NCBI GenBank assembly: GCA_000432915.1
Contig: HF995227.1
Location: forward strand, 1 to 32,000
Direction of reading: 5' to 3'
From: Firmicutes bacterium CAG:194
GTDB lineage: Bacteria; Bacillota; Clostridia; Lachnospirales; Lachnospiraceae
DNA: 32,000 bases
How positions within the stretch are numbered: the first letter of the stretch is position 1; every line of letters begins with the position of its first letter. The notes beneath the pieces are model-generated. The model did no database searches. It saw nothing but the letters and a program-made list of their open reading frames with translations, and was not told the DNA's origin. Of this stretch, positions 8,329 through 15,954 are shown piece after piece. The translations under genes were made by a program, and so were the position numbers.

Positions 8329-8391
8329 AATGTCATGCATTACTTGTCGCATATTTGCGTAGCAAATGTGTGACTGGGAATGCATGACATT
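8329..8391 (+). repeat. Nested inverted repeat between the PucR-family gene and the repeat-protein gene
   Basis: Outer 13-bp arms AATGTCATGCATT (8329-8341) and AATGCATGACATT (8379-8391, overlapping the upstream stop codon). Inner 9-bp stem at 8350-8358/8362-8370 with loop GTA. The one imperfect pair (8352/8368) is a G-T wobble on the plus strand only. Confidence 0.8.
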
Positions 8392-9482
8392 TAATAATCC
8401 ATACTCTCCAGATAACGCATATACCGCACCACCATAAGTGCGATCTTCAGTGTCAGTGCATCATCAAAGATACGAATATCCAGTCCTGTATATTTTTCCA
8501 GTTTTTCCAGACGATACAACAGTGTATTTCTGTGGACATATAATTGTCTGGAGGTTTCCGATACGTTCAGATTGTTTTCCAGGAATGTATTGATCGTGGT
8601 AAGAGTTTCTTCATCCAGTTCTTCCGGAACCTTTCCGCCAAAGATCTCTTCGATGAACATTTCACAGAGATTGATCGGCAGCTGATAGATCAGTCGTCCG
8701 ATTCCGAGTGTGCTGTATGCAGTGACCGTCTTTTCCGCATAAAAGATCTTGCCGACATCCAGTGCCATTTTGGCTTCCTTATAGCTCTTAGAAACATCTT
8801 TCAGTTCTTCTACGATCGTACCGTATGCCACACGCACATTGATCATCGCTTCTGTGTTCATCATTGCAACGGTTGTTTCCGCTACTTCTACCACTTCAGC
8901 ATAAGAATCCTTTGCCTCTACCTGTTTGATAACGATCAGTGTGTTTTCATCTACTGCCGTTACATAATCGCCGGACTGCGCAGAAAACATACTCTTTAAA
9001 AATTCCATGGCATAATTTTCTTTTCCCGCCGGAATTTCCAAAAGCAGAACGACTCTTGGCTTCTGGATCTCAATATGCAGCTTCTTGGCACGATTATAAA
9101 TATCTACCAGAAGCAGATTGTCCAGGATCAGATTCTGGAAGAAATTATTGCGGTCAAACCGCTCCTTGTAGGCTGTGATCAGATTCTGGATATTGGATAC
9201 CGCAATCTTTCCGATCATATATTCCTCACTGGAATCACCACAAAGAAGTACATATACCGGATCTTCTTCATCATAGATTTTCAGATACTGACAGCCCTGA
9301 AGCACCTGACTTCCTGCCGGAGAGGCAGCAAATTCCGTTACAAATTCTACATTTTGTTCAAATCTGTCCGAATTCTTTGCCACCATGACGCCTTCTACGT
9401 CAACAACTGCCAGATCTACCTTTGTAATTGTCTTTAAATCATCCAGACAGCTCTGTATTACCTGTGCTGTTATCAAATGCAC
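8391..9482 (-). CDS. PucR/CdaR-family transcriptional regulator
   Basis: C-terminal PucR-type HTH: NVSETSRQLYVHRNTLLYRLEKLEKYTGLDI. The start is uncertain: GTG at 9482 has AAAGGA only 4 nt upstream, and TTG at 9476 is better spaced. Confidence 0.85.
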   Translation of the reverse strand: MHLITAQVIQSCLDDLKTITKVDLAVVDVEGVMVAKNSDRFEQNVEFVTEFAASPAGSQVLQGCQYLKIYDEEDPVYVLLCGDSSEEYMIGKIAVSNIQNLITAYKERFDRNNFFQNLILDNLLLVDIYNRAKKLHIEIQKPRVVLLLEIPAGKENYAMEFLKSMFSAQSGDYVTAVDENTLIVIKQVEAKDSYAEVVEVAETTVAMMNTEAMINVRVAYGTIVEELKDVSKSYKEAKMALDVGKIFYAEKTVTAYSTLGIGRLIYQLPINLCEMFIEEIFGGKVPEELDEETLTTINTFLENNLNVSETSRQLYVHRNTLLYRLEKLEKYTGLDIRIFDDALTLKIALMVVRYMRYLESMDY

Positions 9483-9505
9483 ACATCCTTTCTATACCTC
9501 TTGCA

Positions 9506-9723
9506 GACTCGAAAATCCCGCTACTTCGTAGCGCCGCAGCTCCGCTGCTTCTCCTTCTGTAACGAGCAAGCTCGTTACTGGGCGATAAGGCATCCTCCCT
9601 CGGGAGCACAGCCATTATATACTCGCTCTGCTCGTGGGCTGTGCCAGTAGTCAGGTTCCACCGCTTCGCGGTTCCCCTAACTACATACCGTGGGTCCCTC
9701 CTTACCGCAAGCCTCGCTACAAA
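9506..9723 (-). repeat. Structured intergenic repeat, family 1, long copy (218 nt)
   Basis: Its ends match 15444-15565. The 44-nt block 9506-9549 is 43/44 identical to 15444-15487, and 9712-9723 is 12/12 identical to 15554-15565. It contains hairpins at 9519-9533, 9536-9548, 9559-9578 and 9647-9684. Confidence 0.85.
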
Positions 9724-9752
9724 GAAAGGGAGATACATACAATGTATCTCCC
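9721..9752 (-). terminator. Rho-independent terminator of msmX
   Basis: 11-bp stem GGGAGATACAT/ATGTATCTCCC (9728-9738 / 9742-9752) with a 3-nt loop, followed on the minus strand by TTTCTTT. It lies 19 nt after the msmX stop. Confidence 0.85.
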
Positions 9753-9770
9753 CAAGTAAACTTGTTCGGA

Positions 9771-10883
9771 TTAGTTGGTAATTACTAATTCTGTTTCTTT
9801 ATCAAAGATATGAATCTTTTCAACATCAATAGCGAATTTAACAACATCACCTGGTCTGGCTGTTGTACGAGGATCAACTCTTGCTGTCATCTGGAATTCA
9901 TCAAGATCGAAGTATAAGTAAACTTCTGCACCAAGTAATTCGTAAACCTTAACTGTAGCTTCGAATGTGCTCTGTGGTGAAGCTTCTACCATCATTTCTG
10001 AATCATATACATCTTCCGGACGGATACCAAATGTAACAGTCTTTCCGTTGTAGCCACCTTCGATCAGCTTTTTAGATTTTGCAGGTGGAAGTGGAATGAA
10101 GTGACCAGCAACCTTTAATACTGCTGTATCATCAACAACTTCTACGATTGCATCTAAGAAGTTCATCTGTGGAGATCCCATGAATCCTGCAACGAACAGG
10201 TTCTGTGGCTTCTCATATAAGTTCTGAGGTGTATCTACCTGCTGGATGATACCATCCTTCATAACTACGATTCTTGTACCAAGTGTCATAGCCTCTGTCT
10301 GGTCATGTGTTACGTAGATGATTGTTGTACCTAATCTCTGATGTAATTTAGCGATCTCGATACGCATCTGTACACGAAGTTTTGCATCCAGGTTTGATAA
10401 AGGCTCATCCATAAGGAATACCTTAGGGTTACGAACGATTGCACGACCCATGGCAACACGCTGTCTCTGACCACCTGATAAAGCTCTTGGCTTACGATCA
10501 AGGAGTGGAGTCAGGTCAAGGATCTTAGCTGCTTCTTTAACCATCTTGTCGATTTCTTCTTTTGGAACTTTTCTTAACTTAAGACCAAAAGCCATGTTAT
10601 CATATACTGTCATATGAGGATACAGAGCGTAGCTCTGGAATACCATGGCGATATCTCTGTCCTTTGGTTCTACGTCGTTTACTAATTTCTCACCGATTCT
10701 TAATTCACCGGAAGAAATGTCTTCCAGACCTGCGATCATACGAAGTGTAGTAGATTTACCACATCCTGAAGGTCCTACGAAGATGATGAATTCCTGATCT
10801 GCGATCTCAAGATTGAAATCTTTAACTGCTTCAAATCCGTTTGGATATACTTTACATACGTCTTTTAATGATAAGTTAGCCAT
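9771..10883 (-). CDS. msmX: Multiple-sugar (CUT1) ABC transporter ATPase, MsmX/UgpC/MalK family; not adjacent to any permease genes
   Basis: Walker A GPSGCGKST, Q-loop, signature LSGGQRQR, Walker B FLMDEPLSNLD, H-loop THD. Long stretches match Bacillus MsmX. SD AGGAGG. Confidence 0.92.
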   Translation of the reverse strand: MANLSLKDVCKVYPNGFEAVKDFNLEIADQEFIIFVGPSGCGKSTTLRMIAGLEDISSGELRIGEKLVNDVEPKDRDIAMVFQSYALYPHMTVYDNMAFGLKLRKVPKEEIDKMVKEAAKILDLTPLLDRKPRALSGGQRQRVAMGRAIVRNPKVFLMDEPLSNLDAKLRVQMRIEIAKLHQRLGTTIIYVTHDQTEAMTLGTRIVVMKDGIIQQVDTPQNLYEKPQNLFVAGFMGSPQMNFLDAIVEVVDDTAVLKVAGHFIPLPPAKSKKLIEGGYNGKTVTFGIRPEDVYDSEMMVEASPQSTFEATVKVYELLGAEVYLYFDLDEFQMTARVDPRTTARPGDVVKFAIDVEKIHIFDKETELVITN

Positions 10884-11009
10884 TAAATTTTCCTCCTAAA
10901 ATTATGTTTGGTGTTATTCTGTCACCCGATAATGGTATTATATAATACACTTCTGATTTTTCCTATAACACAAGTACACAAAGTTTTCAACCTTTCTTAT
11001 ACATGTTGC

Positions 11010-11501
11010 CTAATCTGTCGGATTTCCTGTAAAAGATGCGAAAGTCCACTCCATCGGCGTGTAGGAAATCCCTTCTTTTGTGCACATCCGGTCCGTGTCC
11101 GTAAACCCGATCTTATGATAAAATCCCGTCGCGTATGGCGCTGCATTCACGGTCAGGGAAGACCTTCTTCCTTCTGCAAGAACCAGCTCCCGCAGACTGT
11201 GCACCAGCTCTGTTCCGATCCCCTTTTTGTGGTACTTACTGTCCACAAACAAAAGCGAAATGTGATTGATGCTCCGCATGGATGCCACGCCAACCATCTT
11301 CTGACCGCAAAAAGCTGCCATGACAGGGTATTCTCCTATCATATGCAGCTTCTTTAATCGTTCATCCGTGATAAAATCCAGAAAGCTGCGGACACCCTCT
11401 TCTTCATAGTCACACGCTTCATATTTCAGAAATGTGCGCCAGACGAGTGCCATCGCATCTTCCCATTCTTCTGTTCTGATATTACGGATCTGAAATGTCA
11501 T
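11010..11501 (-). CDS. GNAT-family N-acetyltransferase
   Basis: 163 aa. Acetyl-CoA motif A-like VDSKYHKKGIGTELV. The start directly abuts the stop of the upstream gene. Confidence 0.8.
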   Translation of the reverse strand: MTFQIRNIRTEEWEDAMALVWRTFLKYEACDYEEEGVRSFLDFITDERLKKLHMIGEYPVMAAFCGQKMVGVASMRSINHISLLFVDSKYHKKGIGTELVHSLRELVLAEGRRSSLTVNAAPYATGFYHKIGFTDTDRMCTKEGISYTPMEWTFASFTGNPTD

Positions 11502-12434
11502 TTACTGAAACAATCCTGCAAAAAATCCTTTGATCGCATCACCGATCTTTGCAAAAAAGCCGGATGCTGCACTTTTGGCAACTTCCTTGGCGATTGCATC
11601 CGTATCAAGATTTTTCAGGAAATCCTTTCCAAATTTGCTGTACAGATCTTCTGCCTGCGAAACCAGTACATTCGGATCCAGTCCGAGCTGGTTGATCTTC
11701 TGCATGATGGCAATGATCTGATTGATCTCATCTTCTGTCAGTGTCACACCGAATTTATCTTCGCCTTCTTCGATGGCACTTCTGATCTGGTCGTCGCTGT
11801 CCAGTCCGCCTGCTGCCACTTTTGCCTTAACAAAAGCGATCAGTTCTTCAATATCCTGGCTGTCCGCATCCTGCATAGCGATCTCACCTGTCGTGATCAG
11901 CTCATTCATGGCTGTATCAAGTGTCGTATCGGAAACGGATTCTCCCGACATTGCTTCATAGCCCTTGATCGCTCCGATCAGTGCTGCGGTTCCGGAAATT
12001 TCCGTCGGGCCTACGACCAGAATATCCGCATCGGAAACGCCTGCTGTCAGAAGGGCATTCCGGTACATACCGGTCGTACAGTAATTGATGTTTTTTGTTG
12101 TAACAAGTACACCATGTCCGCTTTCTGCAGGCGTGATCTTCACGCTGGAAAGCGATTTGGAACCAATTACGGATGCATCCATATAAGCATCCAGATACTG
12201 ATGTTCCATATCGTTGGTGATCGTAACGACCTGATAATTGGCAAGATCCGCTTCCGTCACATCCATAAGAGATAATACAGTCGCTCTCTGCTCTGCGGAA
12301 AGATCTGCACCAAGTGCGATGATCGATTTGGACGCGTCAATATTGACGATCCTGCTCTGATCTACTTCTGCTGCCATAACAGGCATCGAAAGCAGTAAAA
12401 CTGCGGAAAACAGCAGTGTGATTAGTTTCTTCAT
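11502..12434 (-). CDS. Secreted DUF1002-family protein (YpuA-like)
   Basis: The ORF track starts at 12482. I prefer the ATG at 12434, which gives MKKLITLLFSAVLLLSMPVMAAEV (a signal peptide) with AGGAGG upstream. Confidence 0.75.
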   Translation of the reverse strand: MKKLITLLFSAVLLLSMPVMAAEVDQSRIVNIDASKSIIALGADLSAEQRATVLSLMDVTEADLANYQVVTITNDMEHQYLDAYMDASVIGSKSLSSVKITPAESGHGVLVTTKNINYCTTGMYRNALLTAGVSDADILVVGPTEISGTAALIGAIKGYEAMSGESVSDTTLDTAMNELITTGEIAMQDADSQDIEELIAFVKAKVAAGGLDSDDQIRSAIEEGEDKFGVTLTEDEINQIIAIMQKINQLGLDPNVLVSQAEDLYSKFGKDFLKNLDTDAIAKEVAKSAASGFFAKIGDAIKGFFAGLFQ

Positions 12435-12468
12435 ACGATTCAAACCTCCTGTAAAATAACTGCTGCAT

Positions 12469-13410
12469 TTACTGCAGCTCATTTAACACGATTTCCATCC
12501 AGTTGTACAGTTCATAATAAACAGTCTCTTTGATCTTTTCATTTAACAGCTCATGACGCGCGCCGTTATACAGCTTCAGCGTTGTTTTGGTAATGTCCAG
12601 ATGCAGGAGTGTGTCATAAAGTGCCTTCGGCGCTTCTCCTCTGTCACCAACCGGATCTTCTGTACCTGATACGATCAGAATCGGTAATTTTTTTGGTATT
12701 TTCGCAAGATTCTCTTTCTTCTGCATACGATGTGCCAGCTCATACAGCGTATGGTAGCCATTGACGGTAAAAGTAAAGCCGGAGCAGAGCGGATCCTTTG
12801 CGTAAGCCTCCTGCACTGCCCGGTCAGAGCAGATCCAGTCAAACTCCGTTTCCATTCCTTCTCCGCTCATATAAGCCTTTGTGCTCATCTCATTTACCAG
12901 CTTGCTGACATACGTATCACCCTTCAACTTCCCAAGGATTGAAGTCAGCAGCTTACCGCCCACAAGCTGGCTCTTTTTGGGCGTTCCGGTGCCACAGATG
13001 ATTGCACCGCTGATGCCCGTTCCGTATCTGGTAATATAATTACGCAGGATAAAGGAGCCCATGCTGTGTCCCAGGATCAGATAAGGAAGTGTCGGATAGT
13101 CCTGCTGTGTCAGCTTCTTTAGTCTGTGCACATCCCTGACTATGATCGTCGCCGGATCATTTTCACAAAAATAACCGTAAGTGCCCCCTTCCGGAACACT
13201 TTCGCCATGGCCGAGGTGGTCTTCTCCTACCACGACAAAGCCTCTTTCTGCCATATAGGCTGCAAATGCATCATAACGGCGGATGTATTCATTCATCCCG
13301 TGAATGATCTGCAATACAGCAACGGGCTCCCCTTCGGGAAGCCAGCGCATTGCATGTAATTTTGTTTTCCCGTCACGGGAATCAAATGTAAATTCTTCAG
13401 TCCGGATCAA
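12469..13410 (-). CDS. Alpha/beta hydrolase (lysophospholipase / monoacylglycerol-lipase-like)
   Basis: Nucleophile elbow GHSMGS, HGMNEY oxyanion region, and C-terminal D...H (GTEDPV, ARHELL). TTG start with AGGGG 6 nt upstream. Confidence 0.85.
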   Translation of the reverse strand: MIRTEEFTFDSRDGKTKLHAMRWLPEGEPVAVLQIIHGMNEYIRRYDAFAAYMAERGFVVVGEDHLGHGESVPEGGTYGYFCENDPATIIVRDVHRLKKLTQQDYPTLPYLILGHSMGSFILRNYITRYGTGISGAIICGTGTPKKSQLVGGKLLTSILGKLKGDTYVSKLVNEMSTKAYMSGEGMETEFDWICSDRAVQEAYAKDPLCSGFTFTVNGYHTLYELAHRMQKKENLAKIPKKLPILIVSGTEDPVGDRGEAPKALYDTLLHLDITKTTLKLYNGARHELLNEKIKETVYYELYNWMEIVLNELQ

Positions 13411-13426
13411 AATTATCCCCTTTCAG

Positions 13427-15415
13427 TTAGCAGATCTCTGCGCCTGCAGGCATCGGTTTTTCAGGTGTCACAAGTGCCAGATTGCCTTCTGCATCTTCTG
13501 CACACAGAAGCATACCCTCGCTTAATACACCGGCAAGTTTTGCAGGCTTTAAGTTCACAAGAACCATAACCTTCTTACCAACCATTTCTTCCGGTGTATA
13601 GTGTGCTCTGATACCGGATACGATCTGTTTCGTCGTAGAACCGATCTTTACCTGTGAGCAAAGCAGCTTTTTGCTCTTCGGAACAGCTTCACAGGAAACG
13701 ATCTCGCCTACCTGGAACTGCATTTTTCCGAAATCATCGAAGGTGATCTCCGGTTTTGCTTCGATATCGATCACAGCCTCTTCCTCTTTTGCTTCCTCTG
13801 CAGGGATTCCGGCTTCTTTTCTTCTCTGTTCAAACATTTCGTCAGCCTTTGCAACAACTTCTTCCACATCCTGACGGGCAAATAAGATCTCCGGTTTTTC
13901 CGTTACTTTATTGCCGCTTGGATACAGTCCGAATTTCTCAATGTCATCAAAGCTTCTGATCTGCGTATTCAGCTGTGCTACGATCTTTTCTGCCGTTTGC
14001 GGCATATACGGCTCAAGCAGGGAAGCACCGATCGTGATACCCTCTACCAGATTGTAAAGAACGGTCGCAAGACGATCCTTCTTTGCCTCATCCTTGGCAA
14101 GTACCCATGGCTCTGTTTCATCAATATATTTATTGCATCTCTTAAAGAGAACAAAAATCTCTGTAATTGCATCTGCGACACGCAGATCATCCATCTTCCC
14201 TGCAACTCTCTTGTATGTGTCTGTTACGACAGCCTTCAGATCCGCATCGATCGCTTTCTGCGCCGGATCATCGGATTCACCCTTATTTTCCACAACACCG
14301 CCAAAGTATTTGTTGCTCATGGAAATGGTTCTGTTTACAAGGTTTCCGAGTGTATTTGCCAGATCGGAATTCAGACGTTCTACCATCAGTTCCCAGCTGA
14401 TCACACCGTCATTTTCAAATGGCATCTCATGCAGCACAAAGTAACGGACTGCATCTACACCGAAGAATTTGATCAGATCTTCCGCATAAATGACGTTACC
14501 CTTTGACTTACTCATCTTGCCATCGCCCTGCAGAAGCCACGGATGTCCGAATACCTGCTTTGGCAGCGGCTCACCGAGTGCCATCAGGAAAATAGGCCAG
14601 TAGATCGTATGGAAACGGATGATATCCTTTCCGATCAAATGCAGATCAGCAGGCCAGAGCTTCTTGTACTGCTCTGTGCTGTTTCCGTCCGCATCATAGC
14701 CGATACCTGTGATATAGTTTGTAAGGGCATCCAGCCATACATACACAACGTGTTTGTCATCGAAATCTACCGGAATACCCCATTTGAAAGAAGTACGGGA
14801 TACACACAGATCCTGCAGACCCGGCAGAAGGAAGTTGTTCATCATTTCATTCTTACGGCTGACAGGCTGGATAAATTCCGGATGTGTATTGATATGCTCG
14901 ATCAGACGATCTGCATATTTGCTCATTTTGAAGAAGTATGCTTCTTCCTTTGCAGGCTTACATTCTCTGCCACAGTCCGGGCATTTACCGTCTACAAGCT
15001 GTGACTCTGTCCAGAAGGATTCACAAGGTGTACAGTACATACCTTCGTATGCGCCCTTATAAATATCTCCCTGCTCATATAATTTCCTAAAGATCTTCTG
15101 TACCTGTTTTTCATGATAATCATCTGTTGTACGGATGAATTTGTCATAAGAAGTATTCAGCATATCGCAGATCTCTCTGATCTGACCTGCTACCTTATCT
15201 ACAAATTCCTTCGGAGATACGCCTGCTTCCTCTGCTTTGAGCTCGATCTTCTGACCATGCTCATCTGTACCGGTCTGGAAGAATACATCGTATCCGTCCG
15301 CTCTTTTGAAACGTGCGATCGCATCCGCCAGTACGATCTCATAGCTGTTCCCGATATGCGGTTTGCCTGATGTATAAGCAATCGCTGTTGTCATATAATA
15401 TTTGCCTTTGTTCAT
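13427..15415 (-). CDS. metG: Methionine-tRNA ligase with a C-terminal tRNA-binding (Trbp111/EMAP-like) domain
   Basis: HIGN (HIGH) and KMSKS motifs, and a CxxC...CPDCG zinc knuckle. True start is the ATG at 15413-15415 (MNKGKYYMTTAIAY) with GGAGAG upstream. The 36 extra N-terminal codons in the ORF track run through the leader repeat. Confidence 0.95.
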   Translation of the reverse strand: MNKGKYYMTTAIAYTSGKPHIGNSYEIVLADAIARFKRADGYDVFFQTGTDEHGQKIELKAEEAGVSPKEFVDKVAGQIREICDMLNTSYDKFIRTTDDYHEKQVQKIFRKLYEQGDIYKGAYEGMYCTPCESFWTESQLVDGKCPDCGRECKPAKEEAYFFKMSKYADRLIEHINTHPEFIQPVSRKNEMMNNFLLPGLQDLCVSRTSFKWGIPVDFDDKHVVYVWLDALTNYITGIGYDADGNSTEQYKKLWPADLHLIGKDIIRFHTIYWPIFLMALGEPLPKQVFGHPWLLQGDGKMSKSKGNVIYAEDLIKFFGVDAVRYFVLHEMPFENDGVISWELMVERLNSDLANTLGNLVNRTISMSNKYFGGVVENKGESDDPAQKAIDADLKAVVTDTYKRVAGKMDDLRVADAITEIFVLFKRCNKYIDETEPWVLAKDEAKKDRLATVLYNLVEGITIGASLLEPYMPQTAEKIVAQLNTQIRSFDDIEKFGLYPSGNKVTEKPEILFARQDVEEVVAKADEMFEQRRKEAGIPAEEAKEEEAVIDIEAKPEITFDDFGKMQFQVGEIVSCEAVPKSKKLLCSQVKIGSTTKQIVSGIRAHYTPEEMVGKKVMVLVNLKPAKLAGVLSEGMLLCAEDAEGNLALVTPEKPMPAGAEIC

Positions 15416-15443
15416 CTTTTTCTCTCCTTTTTCTTTCTTTTCT

Positions 15444-15565
15444 GACTCGAAAATCCCGCTACTTCGTAGCGCCGCAGCTTCGCTGCTCTCTGATTTTCTC
15501 GTTGTACGCTCGGGTGAAACCAAATGCCAGCTTCGCTGTCGCTTGGTTTCCTTCCTCGCTACAAA
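15444..15565 (-). repeat. Structured intergenic repeat, family 1, short copy (122 nt), inside the metG leader
   Basis: Same termini as 9506-9723. Hairpins at 15457-15471, 15474-15486 and 15516-15550 (the last has an inner stem at 15528-15538). It lies between the T-box terminator U-tract and the metG SD. Confidence 0.85.
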
Positions 15566-15872
15566 AAAGCCTTCTGAAGGTTTCCCTCCAGAAGGCGAAT
15601 AAACGCGTTACCACTTCTGTTTTATTCCGGGCTCACACCCGAAACCTCAGCAAGTATCGATCCTTTCGATACTCCTCCGCTATAACAGGCGGAACCTGTC
15701 GCAGCCTAAGCCCTGTGACCTCGGTGCGCTGCTCAAAAGCCATCTTCCAAGTGCATTCCATCCATCCCTCACAGACCGGACATTTCCACAGATCAGAACT
15801 GTTTCTGCTTCCCTGCCCGTAGGATGTTCTCTGAAAACTTCCTGCAAATGTACTCTCTTTCTCACTGCCTTT
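15563..15872 (-). promoter_or_regulatory. T-box leader (tRNA-sensing riboswitch) of metG
   Basis: Minus strand shows a Stem I start CAGTGAGAAAGAGAGTA. The T-box sequence AGAAGTGGTAACGCG is the reverse complement of 15604-15618. The terminator is GCCTTCTGGAGG...CCTTCAGAAGGC (15569-15596) plus T6. The 5' part of the T-box can pair with the 5' arm of the terminator to form an antiterminator. A candidate AUG specifier is at 15781-15783. Confidence 0.85.
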
Positions 15873-15877
15873 TTATG

Positions 15878-15926
15878 AGTATACCCGATATGTAATAAAT
15901 GTAACACAGCAGATATTAGATGTCAA
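15878..15926 (-). promoter_or_regulatory. Candidate sigma-A promoter(s) for the metG leader
   Basis: Minus strand TTGACA (15921-15926) - 17 nt - TACATT (15898-15903). An overlapping alternative is GTTACA - 16 nt - TATACT (15878-15883). Confidence 0.5.
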
Positions 15927-15954
15927 ACCCATTACCTGCAGAAATCCCCTCCTA

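Noticed and set aside
9439-9738. 99-aa minus-strand ORF in the msmX/PucR intergenic region
   Set aside because: It reads straight through the family-1 repeat and the msmX terminator. Its peptide ...AAALRSSGIFES... recurs in the spurious N-terminal extension of the metG ORF only because the DNA repeat is shared. It has no SD.
15416-15523. 36-codon N-terminal extension of metG in the ORF track
   Set aside because: The extension lies in the family-1 repeat, downstream of the T-box terminator. The conserved MetRS N-terminus and a GGAGAG SD support the ATG at 15415.
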